Shown here: positions 39,400 to 50,700 of the stretch, one piece after another | How positions within the stretch are numbered: the first letter of the stretch is position 1 | How the letters are laid out: each line of letters opens with the position of its first letter | Source of the DNA: a virus | Reading direction: 5' to 3' (one strand) | IMG/VR virus record: IMGVR_UViG_3300044846_002555 | Coordinates: 1 to 64,000 of that record | DNA: 64,000 nucleotides | Position numbers and translations under genes: made by a program | The notes under the pieces: model-generated | Told to the model about the DNA's origin: nothing | The model's database searches: none | Seen by the model: only the letters and a program-made list of their open reading frames with translations

Positions 39400-42300
39400 A
39401 TGGCAGAGAGTTCATTATCATTTGCATCCACGTCTTCCTTTAGAAATTCACTAATGGTTAAAAACTTGGCACCTTACAGTGTTCAGGGAGTATATACCCC
39501 ACCTGTGAGTCAAGTTAATTATGAAACAATTTTAAGTGTTAGTAACGTCATTGATTCTCCGGGTGAGTTAATTACTAATGGTTCTTATTCAAATCTATTA
39601 TATCCGTTAAATGAATATGGTCCTGATGGGGGTTATAGTACTCAAATAAATTTCAACGGACCTCCTTTACCTGTCGCTTCAAATCAAGGGGAATACAACC
39701 CAAATGACACTGTTTTAGATTTAGTAAATGAGTTTTTCATTGACGCCGCTTATATTCAAAACAGATATGGACCTCAAGGAAGTTTTAATGATTTAGTAAT
39801 TATTACTGACGTTGAGAATAATAATAAAATTTATCAACCTTATTGGGAGCCACCAAGTTTTGCTCCGTCATCGTATTCACCATATAATATTTTATTATCA
39901 CCAAATCCTATTGGTAGTAATGGATTATTATCTCAAGATTCATTTATTGCAAGATTCGGAGCGTCAGAGTTAAATTCTTTATTGAAAAAAAGAATTGATG
40001 CTGAGTTATTTCAAAATACATTAGGATTAATTAATTTAGAATCTCTACAAGACCCGTTTGAGATTAGTATGATGTTGTCGGGTCAACAACCTTTAGTTTA
40101 TAAAAATTGGAAGATTACCGTACCTGAAAACCCTGTTGTTGCGGCAGCCGACTTCTTAACAAGATTAGCGGGGGCATATTGGCCTGTTTCATTAATACCT
40201 GGTGATTATTTTAACGATAACAACGAAAATAGTCAAACACAACAAACATCAAACGCATTAAACACCGTAAATCAATTAACAGGTGGTTTATTAGGTCCAA
40301 TATTAAACCTTAATAGAAGTGGTTCACAAATATTCTTGGCAAACACCGGTAACGGACAAAGGTCAGTTTTATTTGCAAATATTAATTATAACAGATATCA
40401 ACCATCATATGATAAAGATTATGGTTTATTGTTTGGTGTTGCTCAAGGTTTAGTTAACTTATTAGTTCCAAATATTAATCCGGGTAATGGTACGTTAGTT
40501 GGTGGTTATTATGTTGGTAATAGAACATCAGAGCCGTCTTATATTACCTCACCCCCAAATCAAATACCTGTTAACGCATTTGGTCAACAAGACCCTTCAC
40601 CAGTATATGGTCCATCAGAGATGGGTATATTATATGAAGGTAATGAATCAGCTCTTAGTAATTTTGGTTTAGGAGGAAGGTCTTACAGTGACGGTGGAGG
40701 TATTGACGGTGGATTTGTTTGGGTATCTCCAAAATATAAAGCCAATGCCGGATTCCGTGCGATACCGGGTGGTGGTTCAGGAACAATCGATGAGGATTAT
40801 CAATTGGTTAGTGGAAACATTACAAGAGATGAATCGACAAATATTGAGTTCAAAGAAACTTCCATATTAGACCAAACTCAAAGATTAATTGACTCGGCTG
40901 ATGGTGTTACGGGTGAAGCCCGTTTAAAACACGTTGGTAATGCGATGAATCAAATTAGTAAGGTATTCCACGATGGGTATAAAGAAATTACTAAAGGTTC
41001 TCAAGTTTTATCATATACTGATAATACAACAGGAGGTGATGCCGGTATAGAATATTGTAGGGTTTTTACTAAAGATAATCCGTATTATACTTACAATGAT
41101 TTACAAAAAACAGATGGTATAACTACATCAGGTAGAAGATTTACACATTCTGTTTTAGATAATACATACAATTTAAATATTGTTCCATTAAGAAATCCGG
41201 GGTCAACAAACATTATAGCAAATAATGTTAATGGAACGGGGGGATATGCTAAAAAATATATGTTCTCAATTGAGAACTTAGCTTGGAGAACATCAAGTAG
41301 ACCTGGGTTTACTTATGATGAATTACCTGTTTGTGAGAAAGGTCCAAATGGGGGTAGAGTTATGTGGTTTCCACCTTATGATTTAAAATTTTCAGATAGT
41401 AGTACTGCTAATTGGAATGATACTTCATTTTTAGGTAGACCTGAGCCAATCTATACGTATAAAAATACAAGTAGAAGTGGACAATTAAGTTGGAAGATTA
41501 TTGTGGATAGTCCTTCAGTTATGAATACTATTGTTGAAAAACAATTAAAAGGACAGAGTAAAGAAAGAATTAATTCTATAATCGATTCATTCTTTGCAGG
41601 ATGTGTTAAGTATGACATTTATGAATTAGCGTTAAAATTTAATACTATACCTACAAAAGATTTATATACATATCAAGAGATTTTAAGTAATCCAAGATTA
41701 ACGGATGAAGAGTTAAAGAATGTTAGCGCTAACATTCCGAGAGAAAATTCTGTACCTCAAGGAGGTGCGGGAACACCTGCAGATGCTGCGGTTCAAACTG
41801 CTAATCCGGACACTTCAATTGATGACTTTAAAAAGAATTATTCTCAATTGGCGTTTTATTTTGATAATGATATTCCTGACCCTAAATCACAGGGGGTTGT
41901 ATCATCAGTACCTTATGATGTCACATATTCGGCTTATACCGCACCAACAAACATTACAAAATATGTGGATACCGCAAGTGGAATATTTAACGCTGGTAGT
42001 GTTAATAGAAATGTAAGAGAATTTTTCGATAATATTGTAATATCAAATTTTAATAAAATTGCTAATAATAGTAGTAATTTTATTGTTGATGCTTATAACA
42101 TATTAAAAGAAAAAAAGGGGACTATTAGTATACAAATGGTTGGGTCGGCATCTGCGACCGCTAGTGTACCGTATAATACTAATTTATCTAAACGAAGAAA
42201 TGACTCAGTAATTCAATTTTTAAAAACATATAAAATTGGTGACGCTAATTTAGCTCCATTTTTTGAAGATAAAACATTTCAAATTACATTACAAAGTGGT

Positions 42301-44409
42301 CAAGGTGAACAAATTGTAATTCCTCAAGGTGAGTCAGGTAGTGGTTCTCAAGTTGATTGTAGTAAAAATATTAAATCAAACACAAATACAACAACTTCAA
42401 ATAAAGAGGCTGAAGTGTATTCTACAGATGCTATGGCGTGTAGAAGAGTTAAGATTAGTAGTATTTTAGTAACTCCAACAGTAACAACAACCACAACAAC
42501 CCAAAAAGTTGAAATAGTAACACCTGAAGTTAGTGCAACAACAATTAATACTATTAAACCTGTTCAAACAATTGAAATACAACAAAAATTAAAAGAAGGT
42601 ATTGGAAAACGTATTATTAGACAGTTATTGACAGAATGTGATTATTTTGATGTTATTAAAGAAAGTAATCCTATTCTATATGGTTCTATTGCGGATAAAA
42701 TTAGATTTTTTAATCCTGCATTTCACTCTATGACTCCTGAAGGATTAAATGCTCGATTAACTTTCTTAAATCAATGTGTTAGACCTGGTGAAACGATACC
42801 TGTTATTGGTGTTGATGGTAAACCAAAATATAACGACGCTGTAAATACTGCCTTTGGGGCACCACCGGTTTTAGTATTAAGGATTGGGGATTTTTATAAT
42901 GGTAAAATAATTCCAAAAACAATTTCATTTACATATGAACCATTAATATTAGATATGAATCCTGAAGGTATTGGTATTCAACCAATGATTGCAAATGTTA
43001 ATTTAAGTTTTGATATGATTGGTGGTATGGGATTAGCTAGACCTGTGGAACAACTACAAAATGCGTTATCATTTAATTTCTATGCTAATACTGAAATTTA
43101 TGATGAAAGAGCGACTTGGACTGAAGATACTTCAGCTTTGGACGCTAAATTAGTTCAGTCAATATTAGATGCACAACCACCGGTTACAGTTAATAATGTT
43201 CAAAATGATATTGTTAACGATGGTGGAAATACTATTGGAGACATATTAACAAATATTCCGGTTACTAGTGGTCAAACAGGGGAAATTACCTATATGACTA
43301 TTATGGATAAAATATTAGATTCAACACAAGAATATTATACAAATATCTTAAATCAAAGTGATAGTATTGTCAAATCTTATAATTATGGTGTTTGGCAATT
43401 AATAACACAAGATAGATTATATACTTCCGGAGAAATAAGTTTAAATTCTAGTAGTGTATTGGCACCAATTTACGGTAAACCTGAAGGTGTTGAAACTAAA
43501 GTTGATTCGTTATTTAGTACGTTTATCTCAGATATAAATGCTGACAACCCTACTAATAAAAATTATATCATATCAAGATTAGTTGGTTTTAAATTTACAG
43601 ATGCAACAATTCAAAGAGTTAAGACAAATATGAATCAATATATTAACACGTTAAAAGGTGATTATAGTAGTGGTTTGTTTACTAAAATTCAAGAGATTGT
43701 GGTTTTAGAACAAAATATGGTTCAAATAATTAGAAAGATAAATTTAGTAACAACAAAAACTGATGGTAAAATTTTAGATACGGGTGTTCCTCGTGTTTAT
43801 ACTATTTCAGGAACTACTGAAGTTAATAGTGCTAGTCTTGGGTCTCCATTGGATACGTATATAGAATTATGTGATGATTATCGTTTAGTTGGTGTTAGAT
43901 TAGATGAGTTTAATGTTTTAATGGAAGCTGAAAAAATAATTACAACTGTTACCGTACCGTATGAAGGTCCGGGAGAATTTGAACCAATATCTAAACAATT
44001 TGCTACGGCATCTGTTGAGGATAAACGACAATTCATGGTAATGGCGCAAATATTCAATGATAACAATAAATTAACTGAATTTAAAAACGCTATTATTAGT
44101 GGAGAATTAAAGAATGATAATAAATTAGTTAGAAAATTTAATAATATTTGTGATGATTTTGCGGATTTAACTAAAAAAGAGTTAGTTGCTGAACAAAAAT
44201 TTATTAAAACAATTAGGGATAAAGAATCGTATTCAAAATTTGTAAACCAAACCGCTTATCCTAAAGGTAAGTTAAGAAAGTTTACATACACAACAGTTCC
44301 TGACCCTGCTACCGAGACACAACAAAAAACGGATATTGCTAATTTATATAAAACTGTTAATGTGAATAACGACCCTTTAACTTTTGATGGTAAAATAAAA
44401 TTTGATTAA
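39400..44409 (+). CDS. Large baseplate/tube-initiator protein with OmpA-like domain
   Basis: FSDSSTANW..TSFLGRPEPIYTY...R and APPVLVLRIGD tube-like motifs; NLSKRRNDSV OmpA-like motif. Confidence 0.65.
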   Translation: MAESSLSFASTSSFRNSLMVKNLAPYSVQGVYTPPVSQVNYETILSVSNVIDSPGELITNGSYSNLLYPLNEYGPDGGYSTQINFNGPPLPVASNQGEYNPNDTVLDLVNEFFIDAAYIQNRYGPQGSFNDLVIITDVENNNKIYQPYWEPPSFAPSSYSPYNILLSPNPIGSNGLLSQDSFIARFGASELNSLLKKRIDAELFQNTLGLINLESLQDPFEISMMLSGQQPLVYKNWKITVPENPVVAAADFLTRLAGAYWPVSLIPGDYFNDNNENSQTQQTSNALNTVNQLTGGLLGPILNLNRSGSQIFLANTGNGQRSVLFANINYNRYQPSYDKDYGLLFGVAQGLVNLLVPNINPGNGTLVGGYYVGNRTSEPSYITSPPNQIPVNAFGQQDPSPVYGPSEMGILYEGNESALSNFGLGGRSYSDGGGIDGGFVWVSPKYKANAGFRAIPGGGSGTIDEDYQLVSGNITRDESTNIEFKETSILDQTQRLIDSADGVTGEARLKHVGNAMNQISKVFHDGYKEITKGSQVLSYTDNTTGGDAGIEYCRVFTKDNPYYTYNDLQKTDGITTSGRRFTHSVLDNTYNLNIVPLRNPGSTNIIANNVNGTGGYAKKYMFSIENLAWRTSSRPGFTYDELPVCEKGPNGGRVMWFPPYDLKFSDSSTANWNDTSFLGRPEPIYTYKNTSRSGQLSWKIIVDSPSVMNTIVEKQLKGQSKERINSIIDSFFAGCVKYDIYELALKFNTIPTKDLYTYQEILSNPRLTDEELKNVSANIPRENSVPQGGAGTPADAAVQTANPDTSIDDFKKNYSQLAFYFDNDIPDPKSQGVVSSVPYDVTYSAYTAPTNITKYVDTASGIFNAGSVNRNVREFFDNIVISNFNKIANNSSNFIVDAYNILKEKKGTISIQMVGSASATASVPYNTNLSKRRNDSVIQFLKTYKIGDANLAPFFEDKTFQITLQSGQGEQIVIPQGESGSGSQVDCSKNIKSNTNTTTSNKEAEVYSTDAMACRRVKISSILVTPTVTTTTTTQKVEIVTPEVSATTINTIKPVQTIEIQQKLKEGIGKRIIRQLLTECDYFDVIKESNPILYGSIADKIRFFNPAFHSMTPEGLNARLTFLNQCVRPGETIPVIGVDGKPKYNDAVNTAFGAPPVLVLRIGDFYNGKIIPKTISFTYEPLILDMNPEGIGIQPMIANVNLSFDMIGGMGLARPVEQLQNALSFNFYANTEIYDERATWTEDTSALDAKLVQSILDAQPPVTVNNVQNDIVNDGGNTIGDILTNIPVTSGQTGEITYMTIMDKILDSTQEYYTNILNQSDSIVKSYNYGVWQLITQDRLYTSGEISLNSSSVLAPIYGKPEGVETKVDSLFSTFISDINADNPTNKNYIISRLVGFKFTDATIQRVKTNMNQYINTLKGDYSSGLFTKIQEIVVLEQNMVQIIRKINLVTTKTDGKILDTGVPRVYTISGTTEVNSASLGSPLDTYIELCDDYRLVGVRLDEFNVLMEAEKIITTVTVPYEGPGEFEPISKQFATASVEDKRQFMVMAQIFNDNNKLTEFKNAIISGELKNDNKLVRKFNNICDDFADLTKKELVAEQKFIKTIRDKESYSKFVNQTAYPKGKLRKFTYTTVPDPATETQQKTDIANLYKTVNVNNDPLTFDGKIKFD

Positions 44410-44411
44410 TT

Positions 44412-44738
44412 ATGGGTACTAAAGATTATTATAATAGATACAATAATTTTATTGTTAATGGACGACAAACAGTTGTTCCATATGTTACTCTGCCAAGTAA
44501 ATCCACAGATAAAAGATATATTTTTAAAGTTGCTCAATCTAGATTAGACAAAGTTTCACAACAATATTATGGGACACCTTTTTTTGGTTGGTTAATATTA
44601 CAAGCAAATCCAATATACGCAGGTCAAGAGTGGAATATCCCTGATGGGGCAATCTTGACAATCCCTTATCCTTTAATTGCTTCATTACAGGATTACAACA
44701 ATGACCTAGAAAATTACTTCTTTTATTATGGTAGATAA
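44412..44738 (+). CDS. Baseplate wedge LysM-like protein (gp53/tail X-like)
   Basis: RLDKVSQQYYG.P..GWLILQANP...G..L.IP. Confidence 0.8.
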   Translation: MGTKDYYNRYNNFIVNGRQTVVPYVTLPSKSTDKRYIFKVAQSRLDKVSQQYYGTPFFGWLILQANPIYAGQEWNIPDGAILTIPYPLIASLQDYNNDLENYFFYYGR

Positions 44739-47700
44739 ATCGGAAAATATATTAGTTGAGTTTGATTATAATAACATATCAATCATTGACCCAAATAAAG
44801 TCATAGATAGTGACGGAAAAGTACAAGAAAGATATGTTAAACAAGAAAATTTAGTGATGTACGCTAATTTAGAGTGTAAAGTATTACCACGTACTAAATT
44901 AGCCCTTGGTGTTGCAAATAACGACCAAGTACAAACAGTTTCAATTGCCAGTATTAATTTTTTAAAACCGGGTGATAAAACATTTTTAGACAATTCATAT
45001 ACTGATGAAATAACAGGTAAAGATACGATTACCGGTAATGGTGTGAATCAGCCAAAACTAACCTCTATTTCAAATCCAAATAAGAGTAGTGATTTTTATA
45101 TTAGACAAACAATTAATTCGGGTGGTAAACAAGCATCTGTTGATAATGGTTTATTAGGTATTACTTCTATTAATATTAGACAAGGTTTAGATTTTTTACC
45201 TTCAATCACCATTGAATTAGAAGATGTTAAAGGTAGAGCGATGTTTGAGGCGGGTGATAATTCACCATATGCGGCATTTTTTAATTTACCTTATCCAATG
45301 TTCCAATTAACTATAAAAGGATTTTATGGTAAGGCTGTTAAATTACAATTAATGTTACAAACGTTTTCATCAAGATATGATACGTCTAATGGTAATTTTA
45401 AAATCAAACTACATTTTTACACATACAAATATACATTATTGAGTGAAGTACCTATGGCGGCGTTGACGGCTGTTCCACATATGTACCAATCTAGAGTTAA
45501 TATACAAACTACTAAAGGTGGGGCTACCAACTTTTCAAATGTTCAGGACTCAATAGTATCAAGAGGTTATCAAAAAGTTAGAGAGTTATATAGTGAATAT
45601 AAATCAAAAGGAATGATACCTGATGATTTTCCGGAAATAACCGTTGTTCAAATGAGAGATAGAATTGAAAATTTTATTAAAAACATTCTAACATCTTTTT
45701 CTCAACAAAATTTAGACCCATTAACTTACGTTGAGGAGTATCAACGATTATTAGGTAATTTGGATAAAGATGTTTATGTTGGGGCGGGAACTTCTTGGTT
45801 TTCCAAATATATGGATACTGAGAATTATTTGGTTATGAAAGGGGTTAATGGTCTTACTGAGGGTAGTAAAGTTTATACATTTAAACGTGAAATAGACACT
45901 CAAACAAAACGAACTGCGGCATTAAGTGAACTACAAGGTATTATTAGTAAGGCAAAAGAAAAAATGGATGAGAATCCTGTTTGTGGTGTGGATGGTAAAT
46001 ACACAATTGATGGTAAAACAAATACTAGTTCAAAATCAACATTTAAAATTACAACAGATATTTTTCCTGTTGAACCAAAATATGGGGATGTAAATGTTTT
46101 AGAAACATATCGACAACGAAAAAAATTATCAACAACACCAAATGCTGAACAACTTAAACAATTTGATAATGAATTGGCGGAACAAGGGGTTTTTAATTCT
46201 TTAGTAATAGTAAATAAAAAAGGTTCGGAAGAAAAAAAATTTCAATATTATATATTTGAAGGGGTTGGTCGATTTGAAGATTTAATCAATCAAATGGGTA
46301 CTAATGTAAAAAAAGCTAAAGAAAATATTCAAGAAGCTTTAACAGAAGCTTTAACTAATTTATTACAAAAGAAAGATAATGGTATTGGGTTTGTTCCAAA
46401 TATCCGAAATGTACTTGCGGTTATTTTTGCAAATGGAGAGGCGTTTTTAAGATTGATGGACGATGTTCACGTTCAAGCTTGGAATTTAAATGACACACAA
46501 ATTAAAGCTAGAAGGAATTCTATTTTAAATCCTGAAACTGCAACTGCTTGTGTGGATAACGTATCTTCAGGAGATAATGAAACATTACCAATATACCCGT
46601 GGCCACAAATGTTAGTTGCAACATCAGGTAAGGATGGGCGTGAAATGTTTGAATTAACTTATCCTGGTGATAAAAACGTAATAAATCAAACGAAGGCGTA
46701 TCAAACAGATTTATGGCCTGAAGTAGAATTTGTGGAAGAATTTATTAGGGCAACAACTCAAACGGTAAAACCACCTGCAGACCCGTTAACAACTGAAAAT
46801 CCCTTAACGGATATTCAACGAGTATCATTGGACGCTATTGAATTTCCAATTAGTAATGCTGTTTATGACAATAAGGAAGAAATAAAATATTTTTATGAAA
46901 TATTTGAAAGAATATTTTTAACATCAAATTATTCAGGTTTATTAAGAAGTAATGGTAATACCCAAGACCAAGATAAAGTTACGGATGTTATTGCTGAGGC
47001 GGAAAGTATTAATATTATTCAAAGTTTATCTAACGATAACCCTTTTATTATTAAAAAATTAAAAGAGTTTGGGATTAATGCGGGTAATTTTGAGGTATTA
47101 ATGAGACACATATCTAATGACGGTACGGGTGAAAGTTGGCAAAATTTTATAAGAGGTATTTTTAATACTTCTTACATTAAAAATAAAGTTAATAATTCTA
47201 GTTATGAATTTTTAAGTCAAAACTTGTTGAACGAAAATAAATCCCAACCATTAGTTTCCCTACCGGGTGAAAATAATGTTGTTAATTTTATCTCAAATTC
47301 AACCTCAAGTAATATTTTTAATTTAACTGATACATACCCATTTACAAATTTTCCTTGGGTTAAAAATGAATTGGCAAATGGGAATTCGATTTCGGATATC
47401 AAATCATCATATAACACAACAAAAGTATTAACGTATAATACTAATAAAAAAATTATATCTAATTTTTTAGATATAACTAATAATAATGATAGAAGACCGT
47501 TTACTAATTTTTTATTTAATGAAATTAAATCACCAATTTATTTCTTTGATTTAAAATTATTTTATGAAAATAGAAGTTTTGATAAACAATTACCAACAGA
47601 AGGTAATTTAAGATATAATGACTATTCAGGGTTAGTTACGAGTAATCAAACCGTTTCAATGTTTAACACACCATATTTTGTTAATTCAATCCAACAAGGT

Positions 47701-50700
47701 GTTAAAAATTTTAGAAATAACGATGAATATCCATTTGTTGCTTCAGCATATTTGTTTTTAAATAGTTTGCCTTTATCTACACTTAGAGAAAAATATAAAA
47801 CTTATTCGTCTAATTCGGCAACTGATTTAGATTATATTTTTGCAACACTTAAGAAATTTGGTGCGGTTCATAAGTTACCATATGCTTGGATATTAAAAAT
47901 TGGTTCTGTTTGGAATAGATATAAAAATTTTGTTGAAACAGGTAAAGATATTTTAGACACGTCATGGTCAGGTTTTAGTTATGTTCATAATTATGACCCG
48001 GTAACCAATTCACCAAGTAAAAATTATAATTTAATAATTAATGGGGCTCAGATGGATATTGTGTTAGAAAAAAACACAACATTAGGTGTTGAAACATCTT
48101 CATTAATTAATACAGGTTTTTACCCATTATTAATTAATGACTTTAATGTATTTTATCAAGGTTTCCAAATATATTCAGGTTACACCGATACAGATATTCA
48201 AAATGGATTTACTTCAGGGGTTACATTAAATTACGTACCTGAAGCAATTATTAATATGCCTGAAGGGTTTGACCCAAATAATCCAAAAAGAGATTTAAGA
48301 GTTATTCCTTGGTCAGTTTATATTACAACATTGGACCAAACTTCTTCATTTATTGTCCCATCTCAAGGTGCGTTAATAAATCAAACAAGTAATGAATGTA
48401 TTACTGAAGAAACTAATCAACTAAAATATGAGATTACCGGTAATACCGCAATGTATAATGGTTCGGTTAGAATGTTTTGGTCAGCACCTAACTATGGGTA
48501 TTTTGATATAGATAAAGTTGTTAAACCAACACCAATAAAATACTTAAAACAAGTATTCAACATTACAGGTGATACCAAACAAGAGAATTTCTCAATTAAC
48601 GGTAAACAAGACCAATACACTGAAATAAGTGAAATATTCTCAGTATTTGAAACAGAGGTTTTAGATAGTTTTGAAACAGAATTTTTAAATTTTTCAAAAT
48701 CAATATATGATTTTGATGATGAGTTTATTTCAAATAGTGATAGCGAAACAACTAAATCGTTTAAAAACTTTCAAATGTTAATGAGAAGTTTGATGAGGAT
48801 TCCAAAAGTGGGGGGGACAAACATTAATACAGAATTAGTTTCTGCGGTTTCGGATTCGCAGTTGAACGTTTTAACTAATATTTTACAGTCATTTTTAAAT
48901 TATGACGTTGTGTTCAAATATGGTAATCCGGCAAACTTTGATAAAAGATTATTTTATACTTTTTCAAATGCGTTAATTGCTGACCCATATACTTGGAGTA
49001 AATATTCGTTCCAAACACCAATTCCATTACCAACATCAGGGGGTACGGTAACATTATCACAATCAATTACAAATTACCCAAATGAATGGAGAGCGTTACA
49101 ATTATATGTTGGTTTTTCGGAGATACCTCAATTACAATATACAAATGATGGTTCATACATTACAGATTTTTTTGTTGATTGTAATATAGATTTTAGTGTT
49201 GAAAATATAAAAACATTCGCACCTATTATTAAAATTTATGCGACTCAAAAATTAAATGATGATACTCTGAATTATAATAAGTTTGTTAATTTAATGAATG
49301 ATTATATTGCAAGTACGGATAAATTCCAAAGTATTATTATTAATAAATTAATGCCTAAATTACAAAAACAATTACCGGATGTTGGTAGTACACCAGATAC
49401 TGCACTTGCGACGGCATTAGAAGGTCCTCAAACAAAATTAGAATATTGGGAGGCGTTTAAAGCGTTAAACGATAAATGGATATCAGGTAATGACTTTAAA
49501 ACTAAAACACTTTTTGAAGATGTTTTATTAATGGATAGAGCGAACAGAAACATTGGGGATAAAGTATTAGTTGATGTTAATAAATTAAAATTTAGATTAA
49601 AAGATATAAACCCTAAAACAAGTATGTTGACTTTTGTTCAAACAATTTTAGTTGAAAATAATTTTGTTGTTATGAACATACCTTCATATGTTAACTTTTA
49701 TAATGTACAAGATGCTGTTAAAAATCCTGTTCCAAAACCAGAGGGGTCTCTTGATTTTGCGAACACGATGTTTGGTACGTTTTTAAATGTTGATTATAGA
49801 AATTCTTCAGCAAAAATGGTGTGTTTTTATGCGGGTAAACCAAGTGAACAACCTGATTTTCAAAACAATGCTAATGTAAGATTTAAAGGTGACTCTTTTG
49901 ATTTAAGACGAGCAAGTGATAATCCATTAATTGAAGACCAAATCGGTAAAACCGATTGGGATAAATCAAATAAAGTTGTTGGGTTTAATGTTGATGTTGG
50001 ACCACAAAGTCAATCAATTTTCCATGGATTCCAAATAGACCAAAGTGCGGGACAAGCTACCGCAGAATCTTTACAACAAACTGATGAGTTAGTTAAACAA
50101 TCTTCAGGTAAAGTTGCTGGTACACAAAATATTTCATTATATAATTTATATAAAAATAGAAGTTATGCTTGTACTGTTTCTATGATGGGTAATGCGATGA
50201 TTCAACCAACTATGTACTTCAATTTAAGACACGTTCCTATGTTCAGTGGTGCTTATATGATACAAGAAGTGAATCATAGTATTGGGCCGGGAACATTTGA
50301 AACGGTTTTCAAAGGAATAAGACAAGCGGTATCAAACTTACCTGAAATAGATAGTTACATTCAAACGTTAAAAACTAATTTATTGACTTCAATTATTGAA
50401 AAAAATAAACAAGACAAACAAGAGGTGATAAAAGAAAGTGCTACAAAAGGGGACAATGTTATTAGTGAAACTAATGATGCTGTTAAAGAAGCAACAAAGA
50501 AAGACGCGACTACTTCAAAAAATTCTTCAGAATGTAAACCAGTAAGTAATTATGAAAAATATAGTAAAGTTGACTCAACAACAACTAAATCTAAATATAA
50601 AGACGCTATTAGTACAATTATTACTCAAACCTCTGACCAAAAATTAAGATATTTAGTGTTTGCAACAATTTATTTAGGGTCATCAAATGGAACTGAATTG

